A stretch of DNA of 64,000 nucleotides. It comes from Candidatus Micrarchaeia archaeon (lineage in GTDB: Archaea; Micrarchaeota; Micrarchaeia; CAILAH01). Shown in pieces: positions 47,828 through 58,785 of this stretch; within the stretch, counting starts at the first letter, position 1, and every line of letters starts with the position of its first letter. The stretch spans positions 1 to 64,000 of the forward strand of contig JAVZCB010000006.1 in assembly GCA_038874595.1 (NCBI GenBank). Reading direction: 5' to 3'. The notes under the pieces were generated by a model that saw only the letters and a program-made list of their open reading frames with translations, was not told where the DNA came from and did no database searches. Made by a program: the position numbers and the translations under genes.

Positions 47828-48748
47828 ATGGCAAAATGTTCGTTTTGTGATCAGGATGCAATCATCTACCAGCCATACTCCTGCAAGCTGTTCTGCGGCA
47901 AGCACCTCTCAGACCTCACAGAGAAGAGGGTCGGCAGCAATATGCGCAAGTATGGGATGGTGCGCAACCGCTCGCGTATAGGTGTGGCGGTTTCAGGTGG
48001 GAAGGATAGCCTTACAATGCTTTACATAATGCACAGGCTACTCAGGAAGGACAGGTCACGCAGGTTAATTGCAATAACTGTTGATGAGGGGATACGCCAG
48101 TATAGGGAGAAGGGTATTGAATGTACACGTGAGCTGTGCGATAAGCTCGGTGTGGAACATCACGTATACTCTTTCTCGGATTTTGCAGTCGAAATGGATA
48201 TACTGATGCGCGAGCCCCGGGCAGACCCTTGTAGTTACTGTGGCGTTTTCAGGAGATGGGTGCTTAATCATGTGGCAAAAGAGCATAGGCTTGATGCAAT
48301 CGCAATCGGGCACAACCTTGATGATGTGGTGCAAACTTTTCAGATGAATATAATGCGCAATGAGCCAGTCAGGATTGCAAGGTATAAGCCCAACGGCGGT
48401 CTTGTGTCATGTGATGAGTTCGTGCCGCGTATCCGCCCATTATTTAGTATACCAGAACGCGAGATTATCACGTATGCCCTCCATAATAAAATAAAATTCC
48501 ATCGGGATAGGTGCCCGTATGCAGGGTTTGCGCTGCGCAACCCCGTACGGGAATTCATAAATATGATGGAGGAGAAATATCCAGGCACCAAGTTTAGGAT
48601 GCTCAACACCTATCTTTCCCTAATAGACAAATTGCCGGTAGAGGAATATAAGGCACTGGTTAAATGCAATAAGTGTGGGGAACCGTCATCAACAAAAACG
48701 TGCAAGAGGTGCACGTTGTTATCTTCTATTTCTAAGAAAAACATGTAA
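47828..48748 (+). CDS. ncsA: tRNA 2-thiolation protein NcsA/TtuA family
   Basis: N- and C-terminal Zn fingers, SGGKDS, CSYCGVFRR, GHNLDD and CPY motifs. Confidence 0.92.
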   Translation: MAKCSFCDQDAIIYQPYSCKLFCGKHLSDLTEKRVGSNMRKYGMVRNRSRIGVAVSGGKDSLTMLYIMHRLLRKDRSRRLIAITVDEGIRQYREKGIECTRELCDKLGVEHHVYSFSDFAVEMDILMREPRADPCSYCGVFRRWVLNHVAKEHRLDAIAIGHNLDDVVQTFQMNIMRNEPVRIARYKPNGGLVSCDEFVPRIRPLFSIPEREIITYALHNKIKFHRDRCPYAGFALRNPVREFINMMEEKYPGTKFRMLNTYLSLIDKLPVEEYKALVKCNKCGEPSSTKTCKRCTLLSSISKKNM

Positions 48749-48942
48749 TGAAAACATATAGGAAAACACATAAATGAAAACATTTAAAGAGAGTACATTA
48801 TTATCTTCTACTTGTACTAAGTAAAGTGTAGAATGGATGCAGGCTAATACACATAGCCGCAAAAGGATTGTTCGCAGCCTATCACGTTTTTATATGTTTT
48901 GCATTTTAATAGTGCATTGGTATTCTATTATATAGGTGATAT

Positions 48943-49677
48943 ATGATGTATCCGGTTTCTCCGCAGGCATATGACCGCGCCATTACGGTGTTCAGCCCAG
49001 ACGGCCGCCTGTTCCAGGTGGAGTATGCAAAAGAGGCAGTGAAAAGGGGCAGCACTGCAGTTGGCCTGGTTTGCAAGGATGGTGTGGCACTTGTTGCAAA
49101 CAGGTTTGTGCAGAACGACCTGCTTGTTCTTGATTCAGTGAGGAAGATACACGTGATTGATGATAATATTATTGCAACCTCCTCAGGCCTTGCTGCTGAT
49201 GCTAGGAGGCTTATTGATATGGCACGTGTGGAAGCGCAGAAGCACCGCATTACGTATTCAGAGCCGATAAGCGTGCTTGACCTGAGCAGGAGGATTGCAG
49301 ATACAATACAAATTTACACACAGTATGGTGGGATTAGGCCATTTGGAGTTTCAATGCTGTTCACCGGCGTAAATGATAATGCAGCCACACTTTACGAGGT
49401 AGAGCCGAGCGGTGCATACACAGGTTACTATGCTGCAGGTGTAGGCTCAAACAAAGAGGGTGTTGAGAAGTTCTTTGCTGAGAACTATAACCAAAACATA
49501 TCCGTGGATGAAGGTATTGTATTGGCACTTAAGGCATTATTGCAAAACACGAGCGGTGACGAGTCAAAGCATTTCAACGAGAATTCGCTTGATGTTGCAG
49601 TAGTTTATAAGAAAGAAAAGAAAGCGCGCTACCTTGCACCCGGTGACTTGAAAAAGTACTTGGCCAAGGTGAAGTAA
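48943..49677 (+). CDS. psmA: Proteasome alpha subunit
   Basis: [20 protein letters not shown] and RPFGVS motifs. Confidence 0.97.
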   Translation: MMYPVSPQAYDRAITVFSPDGRLFQVEYAKEAVKRGSTAVGLVCKDGVALVANRFVQNDLLVLDSVRKIHVIDDNIIATSSGLAADARRLIDMARVEAQKHRITYSEPISVLDLSRRIADTIQIYTQYGGIRPFGVSMLFTGVNDNAATLYEVEPSGAYTGYYAAGVGSNKEGVEKFFAENYNQNISVDEGIVLALKALLQNTSGDESKHFNENSLDVAVVYKKEKKARYLAPGDLKKYLAKVK

Positions 49678-49681
49678 AAGT

Positions 49682-50380
49682 ATGGTTTCATTGGATAATG
49701 CCGTGATATTACGGCTTGAGAAAAACGGCGAGCGGTTTGAGATTTTCGCAGACCCGGTTAAGGTGGTTGAGTACCGTAAGGGTGCTCAGATACCGCTTAA
49801 CGAAGTGCTTGCAGCGTTTGAAGTGTTTAAGGATGGAAGGAAGGGAGATACGCAGTCTGATGAGGTGCTGAAACGCAATTTTGGTACCACCGCGTTTGAG
49901 GCGATTGCAAAAGAGATACTGCTCAAGGGCGAGCTGCATTTAACAACCGAGCAGAAACGAAAACAGCTTGAGGAGAAGCGTGCCAAGGTTATACAGTATA
50001 TTGCACAGAATTATATTGACCCGCGCACGAACGCACCTCACCCTGTTAAAAGGATTGAGCTTGCAATGGAAGAGGCAAAGGTTCACATAGATGCGGGCAA
50101 GAGTGCAGAGGCGCAGATTGAGGATGTGCTCAAGAAGCTGCGTCCAATCCTCCCGTTAAAGTTTGAGGTTGTACGCATCGCTGTCAAGGTGCCACCCGCA
50201 CATGCGCACCACGCGTATGGTGTAATAAAGGAGTTCAGCCCAAAGAAAGAAGAATGGCTTAATGACGGCTCGCTCATTGCGCTTATTGAAATCCCACCTG
50301 GAATGCAGAGTGTCTTGTTTGATAAGCTGAATAAGATTACGCACGGTGATGTCCAGACAAAAATCCTGGATAAGCAATGA
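49682..50380 (+). CDS. Ribosome maturation factor SBDS/Sdo1
   Basis: GERFEI, FGT and DPRT.APHP..RIE motifs. Confidence 0.95.
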   Translation: MVSLDNAVILRLEKNGERFEIFADPVKVVEYRKGAQIPLNEVLAAFEVFKDGRKGDTQSDEVLKRNFGTTAFEAIAKEILLKGELHLTTEQKRKQLEEKRAKVIQYIAQNYIDPRTNAPHPVKRIELAMEEAKVHIDAGKSAEAQIEDVLKKLRPILPLKFEVVRIAVKVPPAHAHHAYGVIKEFSPKKEEWLNDGSLIALIEIPPGMQSVLFDKLNKITHGDVQTKILDKQ

Positions 50381-50396
50381 TTATGAAGGTGAATTT

Positions 50397-51008
50397 ATGA
50401 GGAAATTGGTTTTCCCGGGCGATTTGCTCTTTGATGGGCAGCTGCGCACACGGGGTGTATATGTTGAGAATGGAAAAAGCTACGCATCCCTCATAGGGCT
50501 ATATGATGACAGCACGAAAGCGTTTATACCTCTTGAGGGTGCTTATGAGCCGCAAGAGGGCGACCTTTTGATAGGTGTTGTCAGCGATGTAAGGCCAAAT
50601 GGCTATTATATTGATGCAGGGATGCCAAACGAATCTTTTCTATCAAGTAAGGATTACAAAGAGCCTCTTGAGGTTGGTGATATAATAATTGCGAAGGTAC
50701 GCGGTGTTGATGAGGTGAGGAGTGTTACCATTTCAGACCCCGCAGTGTTGCGTGGCGGTAATATAATCCACGTCTCACCTGTTAAGATACCCAGGATAAT
50801 TGGGAAGAAAGGGTCAATGCTGATGCAGATTAAAGAAGCAACAAAATCCAAGATTGTGGTTGGCAAGAATGGCTGGATATGGATAAGTGGCGGTGACACG
50901 TATCTTGCAACCAAGGCAATACTTAAGATAGAGTCTGAGGCGCATACGAGCGGGCTCACTGAGAAGATTGCTGAGTTTTTGAAAAAAGGTGGTAAGAATG
51001 TCGAGTGA
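50397..51008 (+). CDS. rrp4: Exosome RNA-binding subunit Rrp4
   Basis: PLEG.Y.P, S1 and KH domains (PRIIGKKGSM), EAHTSGLT. Confidence 0.94.
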   Translation: MRKLVFPGDLLFDGQLRTRGVYVENGKSYASLIGLYDDSTKAFIPLEGAYEPQEGDLLIGVVSDVRPNGYYIDAGMPNESFLSSKDYKEPLEVGDIIIAKVRGVDEVRSVTISDPAVLRGGNIIHVSPVKIPRIIGKKGSMLMQIKEATKSKIVVGKNGWIWISGGDTYLATKAILKIESEAHTSGLTEKIAEFLKKGGKNVE

Positions 51009-51774
51009 TGAGAATATTGAGGCAAAAGAGGTAGGTTCACACGCAGAGATTAAGCTGCTTGTTGACGGGCGCAGGGTTGATGGCAGGGCGTTGGATGAGA
51101 TGCGGCCGCTAAAGATACAGGCAGGGTTGTTGCACAAGGCAGACGGTTCTGCGCTTGTTGAGTGGGGCGGCAATAAGGTGCTTGCAGCAGTATACGGGCC
51201 GCGTGTATGCCTGCCGAAACGTGAGAGCAGCCCGTACCGTGCAAAACTATCCTGCAGGTATCTCATGTCACCGTTTGCATCTAAAGATGAGCACGGCAAG
51301 GCGGGACCAAACAGGAGGTCAATCGAGCTATCCATGGTGCTAAGGCAGGCGCTTGAAAATGTTGTTATGCTTGAGATGTACCCACAATCGATGATTGATG
51401 TGTTTATAGAGGTGTTGCAGGCATCTGGTGGTACGCGGTGCGCATCACTTGTTGCAGCTTCAGTTGCACTTGCAAATGCAGGCATTCCAATGAAGGACAT
51501 GCCGGTTGCGGTTGCTGCTGGCAAGATTGAAAATGAGATATGCCTGGATGTAGGCAAGGAGGAGGATAACTATGGGCAGGCAGATGTGCCGATAGGCTTA
51601 TGCCCACGCAATAAGGATATAATTCTCCTGCAAATGGATGGCCGGCTGACAAAGGACGAAGTAATGAAAGCTCTGGATTATGCAGAGCGTGCAGCACCTA
51701 TTATTCATGCTGCACAGGTGAAGGCGCTTGAGGAGGCGTACAGCCAGAGCGGCAGTGAAGAGGAGGAAGGGTGA
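50998..51774 (+). CDS. rrp41: Exosome exonuclease Rrp41
   Basis: R.DGR...E.RP, ADGSA, VYGPR, GGTRC and D..KEED motifs. Confidence 0.95.
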   Translation: MSSDENIEAKEVGSHAEIKLLVDGRRVDGRALDEMRPLKIQAGLLHKADGSALVEWGGNKVLAAVYGPRVCLPKRESSPYRAKLSCRYLMSPFASKDEHGKAGPNRRSIELSMVLRQALENVVMLEMYPQSMIDVFIEVLQASGGTRCASLVAASVALANAGIPMKDMPVAVAAGKIENEICLDVGKEEDNYGQADVPIGLCPRNKDIILLQMDGRLTKDEVMKALDYAERAAPIIHAAQVKALEEAYSQSGSEEEEG

Positions 51775-52550
51775 TATTAATGGAAGCAATAGATGAAATG
51801 ACAAAATCTTATGTTGAGGTCCTTCTGAGTAAAGGTGAGCGTGCTGACAGGCGCGGTGCGTTTGAGATACGCCCGATAGAAGTGAAGAAAGGCATAATTG
51901 AGAGCTCAGATGGGTCTGCGTGGGTCAAATGGGGTGAGACGCAGGTGCTTGCATCCGTTAAGTTTGATATCGCAACACCTTTCCCTGACAGGCCGACTGA
52001 AGGTGTCTTATCAACAACTGCTGAGTTGCTGCCCATGGCAAACCCGCGGTTTGAGCCTGGGCCTCCCGATGAGCGTGCTATTGAGCTTGCGCGTGTTGTT
52101 GACCGTGCAATACGTAGTGCAGAGATAATCGATTTGAAGTCAATGTTTATTGAGGAAGGCAGAGTGTATGCAGTTTACATAGACATATACGTGCTCGATT
52201 ATGACGGCAATTACATAGATGCGGCATCTCTTGCTGCAATGGCAGCGCTCAGGGATGCGCGCGTGCCGCCTGTAAAAGATGGCAAGCTTAACCGTGAAGA
52301 GAAAGGAGTTCCGTTAAAGCTCTCTGGCAACGCGTTGGAGTTTACATTTGTGAAGGTAGGGAACCATCTCATTCTCGACCCGTCTCTTGATGAGGAGCGC
52401 GCGCTTGATACCCGTATAACTATAGGTGTGTGCGGTGATTTGGTGTGCTCAATACAAAAAACCGGGAGAGGCGCAATTACACGAGCGGAACTTGATAAGA
52501 TGATAGATGTCTCTTTTGGAAAGTTTAAGGAGCTTGAGAAATATCTTTGA
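51771..52550 (+). CDS. rrp42: Exosome subunit Rrp42
   Basis: PFPD.P.EG, FEPGPPDE.AIELARVVDR and DGN..DA motifs. Confidence 0.95.
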   Translation: MILMEAIDEMTKSYVEVLLSKGERADRRGAFEIRPIEVKKGIIESSDGSAWVKWGETQVLASVKFDIATPFPDRPTEGVLSTTAELLPMANPRFEPGPPDERAIELARVVDRAIRSAEIIDLKSMFIEEGRVYAVYIDIYVLDYDGNYIDAASLAAMAALRDARVPPVKDGKLNREEKGVPLKLSGNALEFTFVKVGNHLILDPSLDEERALDTRITIGVCGDLVCSIQKTGRGAITRAELDKMIDVSFGKFKELEKYL

Positions 52551-52574
52551 ACAACCTTTTTCCACTCTAATAAA

Positions 52575-53561
52575 TTACTTTTTTGTCAGTTTCTCTTTAA
52601 GGAGCTTTATCTCATCATCATTCATATGCGCCCCGTGCTCCTTAAGCAGGCTTGCAATCTCCTTGTTTCTCTTTACAATCCGTGCAAAAAACAGCGGGCT
52701 CATACAGCTTGCGGTGGATAGGTTTACGTTTGCACCTTTGTTTATGAGCAGTTTTATTACATCGTAAAGCTCGTAGTTTATTGCTACAAATAATGCAGTT
52801 GTGCCATCAGCCGCCTGATAGTTTACATTTGCATTCTTCTCTAGTAATAATTTCGTAATATGTATATTTCGTGTTGCAATCGCGTACATCAATGCAGTTC
52901 TACCTTCAACGGTGTGTGCGTCCAGCTCGCACCCAAGATGGATAAGCTGTTCCGCAAATGTATCATACCCTTTCTCAATCGCAAATATAAGCGGGGTTAT
53001 GTTTTGGCTCATGCGTGCATTGATATTTGCGCCGCTTTTTACCAGCTCATCAAAAACATCGCTGTGCTCATACTCAATAGAAATAAAGATTGGTGTCTTT
53101 CCGTCAGGTAGTCTTGGTTCAAGGTAACACCCGCTATCAATAAGTTTTCTTACAATGTTCTTATCCCCCTTTTTCGTAGCAATTGCAAGTGCAGTCCACC
53201 CGTCATCCCGCGCAATCGATGTGCTAGCACCGTTCTTAAGCAAAATTTCCATAACATCTAAACTTCTTCTCTCAATTGCAGTTATAAGTGCAGTGTTACC
53301 TTCAAATCCTTTTGAGTTTATGTCTGCACCACTAGCTAACGCTCTCCGCAGCATCTTGACATTGTTTGTTTCAGCTGCTCTATGAAGCAACTCATTTGCA
53401 ACCTTCCACCTCTCCATAGCGTTGCTTTCATTATTATCGTGATGTGGCAATATCTTGCGAAAAGCATCACCTATAAATTTTACAGCTTGCTTAGGAAATG
53501 ATGCTTTTTCATCTGAGTTTGTCTTCTCATGATCATCTTTAAAATTATTTTTTGCGGCCAT
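52575..53561 (-). CDS. Ankyrin-repeat protein
   Basis: About eight ankyrin repeats (GNTAL, GWTAL, GKTPI, GRTALMYA...). Confidence 0.93.
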   Translation of the reverse strand: MAAKNNFKDDHEKTNSDEKASFPKQAVKFIGDAFRKILPHHDNNESNAMERWKVANELLHRAAETNNVKMLRRALASGADINSKGFEGNTALITAIERRSLDVMEILLKNGASTSIARDDGWTALAIATKKGDKNIVRKLIDSGCYLEPRLPDGKTPIFISIEYEHSDVFDELVKSGANINARMSQNITPLIFAIEKGYDTFAEQLIHLGCELDAHTVEGRTALMYAIATRNIHITKLLLEKNANVNYQAADGTTALFVAINYELYDVIKLLINKGANVNLSTASCMSPLFFARIVKRNKEIASLLKEHGAHMNDDEIKLLKEKLTKK

Positions 53562-53915
53562 ATCTTTTTTTCATGATTTTGTTTTAATAAATGTTATGTT
53601 TTAGCGTTTCTTGGATAATTTGCATGTGCATCGCCAGCGTAACAAATGCAAAATTGTTATTCACAAACATTGTTTCATCAATTTACGTGCGCCCTCAACC
53701 ACAAAGCCTCAATGCTTGTTTTTGTTTGAAATCACCACGTCGACAGGCCAATTTGATTTCCTTGCAATTTTAGGCTTCCATTTTATGAGATCAGCATAGT
53801 CACACCGTCTCTTATTGCATAAACGCACTAAGCTTTTGGCACGCTGCTTGCCACGGCTTCACAATAACTTTTCGTGCATTTGTATGCTTATAAGTGTTTT
53901 TACATAACTAAAGTT

Positions 53916-55680
53916 ATGAAACCCATCAAGCAGGTATTGTTTTTTTTGTTGATTTATACCACGGTTGCTTTTTCGTACATTAATGAGGCATACCAGTGCC
54001 CAGGGTTACCTGAGGGCAGTCACGAGCGTGAGTATGATTGCATAATGGTTGGTGGAATGCCTTGCATGGCAACAACCATCCCTGGTGTATGCGAAGGCGA
54101 GCCGGACCCTAACCATCCTGAATGGGGGCCGGTTGCGTGGTGGAGTGTTTCTGATGGCACTGAGAAATGCAACTGCCCATATACGCTTGCAAACAAGTGC
54201 TACGGCAAGTATGATGATCCTAATTTTTGCCCAAGAACAGTTTGCATTGGCACGACAATAAAGAAAAACGGTAGATGCGACCCTAAAACTGGGGGCTGCG
54301 CTTATGATGAAGGGTACTGTGAATTTGGGTGCAATGCGGAAGGGACAGATTGTGCATTGGAAAAGCCAGCTAAACCATCTGAAGCTTACCAGAAAGGTGA
54401 TGGCATATGCTCAATCACCTTGGGTGAAAGGTGTGATAATAGCCCGCAGGATTGTATTTGTATAGGTGGCAAGTCGTGCAAGCCGAACGCCCAGGATGCG
54501 GATGATGCTGGGTGCGCACGTGATATAAATAGCGAATGTGGTGACGAGTACCATTACTGCGATACAGCTGCTGGTGAGAATTGTGCAACGTGCAGTTCTG
54601 ACTGCAAATGTGATGCCGGCTATGTGTGCAACCCAACCTCTGCGGATGCAAATTATATGGGCTGTGCAAGGATAGAAGCGAAAACGGAGGAGGGGGGAGA
54701 TCGTATGTGGCAGTGAAGTATGCAAAAGGTTCTGCCTTAAGGATTACAGGTATGACATAAAAAGCGGCCAGTTGGTTCCTGCGGATTATTCAATGGTCCC
54801 TGTTAGATGCACTGAAGGAGTACGGTGTACTTATGCGCCGGCAATGTACTGCAAGACGGGTTGCAATAGCAATACAGGCAAGTGCCTGCCAGAAACTGCA
54901 AGTGCAGATGGGTGCATTGAGGACGGTGAATATGTAATCCAGTCAAGTTCTGGTAAATTGCCGGTAAAGCGTGTAATCAACAGGGATGGTGCATCTGAAA
55001 TAACAACATTACAGCTGCTAAACCACGCCAAGCACTGCGTTGGAGATTACATATCAACTGATGCGGATACGAAAGTTTGGATAAGGCACAAGAATGGCAT
55101 GATTTCTTACATAGGGCCGGGCTCGCAGTATATTGACGGTGCGCGCGGCAAGAATGTTATAGAGGCAAAAGGCAAGGTGCAAGTAAAAAACCCAGGCGCA
55201 CCAACCGAGGAGGAAAAAGGTATTGTTACGCTAGTTCCTCTGCAAATTGCCGCTGAGATACAACAAGGAACTGATTATGGTACTGTTTCCCATATTCATC
55301 CTGACTTGAGAGATTTCTACATAAAGAATACATTAAAGGGAGGTCCTATTGACATATGGATATATAACCAGCACTCTAACGTTATATACGAGATATATGA
55401 TGACTACGAAACTGTAACTGTGCTTGAAGGAGAAGTTGTTGCAATAGACCTGAAAACAAAGAAACAGTTTTCAATTACAGCCGGAAAACAGCTAACACAC
55501 AAGCTCGGGCAAGAGGTTGGGCCAAACGTCGAGGAAAACATTAAAGATGTAGATTTAAATAAGATTGAAGATAACTCAACACCTCCAGAGCAAGGAGTAA
55601 GCACGAGCGGTGGTATATGTACAATTGGGTTGAGTATGGTCTTGATTTTGGGAGGTCTCTATATAATAAAAAAGGATTGA
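53916..55680 (+). pseudogene. Cys-rich surface protein with FecR-like domain and C-terminal anchor, split by a frameshift at the G-run 54692-54697 (ORFs 53916-54716 and 54772-55680)
   Basis: Removing one G joins ...KTEEG to EIVCGSEVCKRFC..., open to 55680; the 5' ORF has the signal peptide and the 3' ORF has the anchor. Confidence 0.7.
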
Positions 55681-55698
55681 TTAAACAAAAACTTAATT

Positions 55699-55998
55699 TC
55701 ACTTTTTTATTAAAATGAGCAATAGCAAGGTCCCTAGTATAAACGCACCTATTTTACATTCAATTGGATTTTTGATATCGCTCTTATCGATATGCCCTGA
55801 GTATTTATTAATGGTTTCAGCCGTGCAGTTTGAAACACATTCATTATAGCCTGGCTGTGGTTTCCAGCACCTGTCCCATTCCTTATCCCATTTTCCCTTG
55901 TAATCTTTGCAGCATTGCACCTCGCAATTTGTGCCTGCAAAAAGAAGGCCTGCAAGCAATACAAGTATCAGTATTGTTTTAAGCATATTATCCCCCAT
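55699..55998 (-). CDS. Small exported Cys-rich protein with C-terminal anchor
   Basis: Signal peptide MLKTILILVLLAG, six-Cys domain, CKIG + TM + KK. Confidence 0.75.
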   Translation of the reverse strand: MGDNMLKTILILVLLAGLLFAGTNCEVQCCKDYKGKWDKEWDRCWKPQPGYNECVSNCTAETINKYSGHIDKSDIKNPIECKIGAFILGTLLLLILIKK

Positions 55999-56044
55999 AA
56001 TAATATCTCTATTAATTTTAAAACAGGAAGCACGCATATTTAAT

Positions 56045-58738
56045 TTATAATCCAAACAGCTGCTTGGCCAGGTCAAACAAGTAATTGAAGATTCCTTTAA
56101 AGAAATCTAGCACCTGCTCGATAAATCCGGTTTTTTGGCCGCTTCCACCAGTTATGGTTGACGATTGTGATTCAACAATTGTTGAGAGTGTATACACGTC
56201 TAGCTTCCCTTTTTTATACTCACCATAGTACATTCCGGTTTCAGTGGCTTCCATACCCAACGGCATAACCTGCGAAAAACTACTCGCCTCAACAAGTGGA
56301 TAACTTCTATCATAAATCTTTATTCCCATAGGCTCGTGCAACTCCATTACGTATCTCCCGCCAGGGGAAACAGATACATAGGTTAAATCCTTATTTGCAT
56401 AATGGCGCATCTTCCAATTCTCATAATACGTTATGGTATTGTATTTCCATGCAACAAAATCATCAGAATCAACGTAATCTCCCAGGACAATTTCATCATT
56501 ATATAGAATGCCTTCATTATCTTTATGGCCCATATGCTGCAAGAGATGATATGTTGGTGAATTAAGCGTGTAAACACAGAACAAATTATTGCATTCGCCA
56601 GCAACACGATTTCTGGAAACACCCAACTTTCTTATAGTAGTATTATGTGTTCCCCCTTTACAGTCATCATATGCCGAAAGCATACACCCATCAATGTACC
56701 CATACCCAGGTGCGTAAAACCTGCCTGAGGAGGCTATAACATCAAGCAGCTCGGTCGCTGAAGAGTCAGTTAAACTTTCAGCATACTCCGGCCATTCCCA
56801 CATCTCAATTACGTTTCCGTTTTGGTCAAAGAGGTATCCCTTAGGTGTTGTATCCCCTCTTTTTGCACTCTTTCTTGCTGCAATGCCCGCATACAACTTC
56901 GAGCCATCATATGCAGGTATAAGAGTTGATGCTTGCTTTCCTAAGCATATGCTATTTGTTCGGTATGAATATATCTCATTGCCGTTTGAAAGGTCATATG
57001 CATAAATCTTGCAGAACAAGTCTGTTTTATCTACTGTTAAAACGTATGCATATTTGCCATTCTTGCTGAATTTGATTATGTGCGGTACTTCATTCTGGTA
57101 AGTTTTCGACCATAAAAGATTGGATTTGTTAAGCAGTACATAATCATCTATGGTGTCTGGTCTTAGGCATTTTATTTCCTGTGGAGGTAACCTGATATCA
57201 AATGCGCTCTCGCTTGTTGTAAAATTCCTTATGAGTGCAGTACAATTTTGGGAGGTTATCACAATCGTGCCGCGCGTGCCTTTTATAGGCGCACTTATTA
57301 TCCCTTTTGCACTTTCTTCATTTGTCCCATTAATATTACCATACACCCCCCTATACTGCCCTTTATCGGTTAGGATATTGTACCATCCTTTTGATGGATA
57401 GCCAACATATATATCTTTGGGCTTTTCAACAAGTACAAAATCAACATACTTATAGATATAATGAGCGTGCGTTATATCGCTTCTATTATAATTGAACTGT
57501 ATTGCTGTTGAGCTATCTAAGTAGCCTGTTTTGTGTGCTGTTAATGTATATTTACCCTCCATTGTAAATGGCCGCAGGTGCCTAAATGTATATGACCCAT
57601 CTGCACGTGTTGTTACAGGTGTTTTGCCATTATCTATGTAAACGCTTGCGTTTGGGATTGGGTTCCCAAGCTCATCAGTAACCTTTCCTTCAACGATCAG
57701 AAATTGCGGATTTAGGTAAACTGTTTTGTAGTCTATCAAATTATTATCTGCATCTGTTATTTCAATCCTAACATAGTCCGGGTATGCGTCCAGGCAGAGC
57801 ACTTCCGTGCTGAAAGGTATAGTTTCATTGGCGCTTATTGTGAAATCATTAAATGAATACCTCATATCCCCAAGGTAGTAGCTTATGTAATAATTGCCAG
57901 GTAGTTCACCGCGGTTTGTTACATTGACCTTAATTTCAAACTTATTTGTATACGGCTCAATACGACGATATATGATTGGGCCATCAAAAAATGCATCTGG
58001 TGGAAGTGGCAGGTCATCAACTATTAGCTTATAACTATTGTATGAAGAATGCTCATCACCGGCTTCAACAATGTTTGAGTCTGAAGGCTCAACAACAACT
58101 TTTACAACATTGAACATATCCTTCTGGTGCTCCCAGGGTATGCTGAAGCTCTTTTCGTACCAGCAATTAGGATATGGAACATATGCTGGGTTGTAAGGAG
58201 TTATGCATGTTAGTTTTTCTGTGTGTATTAGCCTCATAGGAGGGTCAAGATTAACTTTGTCATCATAACCAGCATAGATGTAAACGTCTGCACTGTCTAT
58301 ATAAGCAAAACCAGCATTGATTACACGGACATATAACCTCTTATCTTTCTCTATATATTTCACGGTGTCACTTGCAACAACCAAATCTGGTGCAAATGAT
58401 TTATCATCCAGTGCACATTCTTCTTCACATCTTTTTATGATAGGCACAATATATGCATTAATATCATGAGCGCATTGCAGCGATTTCATAACAGTCATAA
58501 AATCAGGCCCGCGAGTAACATAACTTGCCCATGCATTAACAATATCCAAAAACATATCCTTTGTACCGTATGAGCACCATTTAGTTATAAATACGTAAGC
58601 AGGGTTTTGCCTCCACGCCAACGTATATGCGGCACATTGTGAAACGCAAATATCGTATTGGCTCGCAGTAGCCGCAGCATAGTATGAGCTTAACAAAACG
58701 CAAAGTACAACTAGGATTTTGAAGTATCTCGCGGTCAT
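56045..58738 (-). CDS. Large exported multidomain protein (CARDB/Ig-like, carboxypeptidase-regulatory-like, probable beta-propeller)
   Basis: Signal peptide; PDLVV...V.NAG; GKVTDELGNPIPNASV...DGSY...GKY.L.A.K.GY; amphipathic C-terminus. Confidence 0.8.
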   Translation of the reverse strand: MTARYFKILVVLCVLLSSYYAAATASQYDICVSQCAAYTLAWRQNPAYVFITKWCSYGTKDMFLDIVNAWASYVTRGPDFMTVMKSLQCAHDINAYIVPIIKRCEEECALDDKSFAPDLVVASDTVKYIEKDKRLYVRVINAGFAYIDSADVYIYAGYDDKVNLDPPMRLIHTEKLTCITPYNPAYVPYPNCWYEKSFSIPWEHQKDMFNVVKVVVEPSDSNIVEAGDEHSSYNSYKLIVDDLPLPPDAFFDGPIIYRRIEPYTNKFEIKVNVTNRGELPGNYYISYYLGDMRYSFNDFTISANETIPFSTEVLCLDAYPDYVRIEITDADNNLIDYKTVYLNPQFLIVEGKVTDELGNPIPNASVYIDNGKTPVTTRADGSYTFRHLRPFTMEGKYTLTAHKTGYLDSSTAIQFNYNRSDITHAHYIYKYVDFVLVEKPKDIYVGYPSKGWYNILTDKGQYRGVYGNINGTNEESAKGIISAPIKGTRGTIVITSQNCTALIRNFTTSESAFDIRLPPQEIKCLRPDTIDDYVLLNKSNLLWSKTYQNEVPHIIKFSKNGKYAYVLTVDKTDLFCKIYAYDLSNGNEIYSYRTNSICLGKQASTLIPAYDGSKLYAGIAARKSAKRGDTTPKGYLFDQNGNVIEMWEWPEYAESLTDSSATELLDVIASSGRFYAPGYGYIDGCMLSAYDDCKGGTHNTTIRKLGVSRNRVAGECNNLFCVYTLNSPTYHLLQHMGHKDNEGILYNDEIVLGDYVDSDDFVAWKYNTITYYENWKMRHYANKDLTYVSVSPGGRYVMELHEPMGIKIYDRSYPLVEASSFSQVMPLGMEATETGMYYGEYKKGKLDVYTLSTIVESQSSTITGGSGQKTGFIEQVLDFFKGIFNYLFDLAKQLFGL

Positions 58739-58785
58739 GCTTTAGCATCTCCAAAAAAATTTAAGAATTTAAAATAAAGCAAAAG

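Noticed and set aside
53570-53900. Pseudogene or ncRNA in the AT-rich spacer
   Set aside because: No recognisable peptide remnant or stable helix set found by eye
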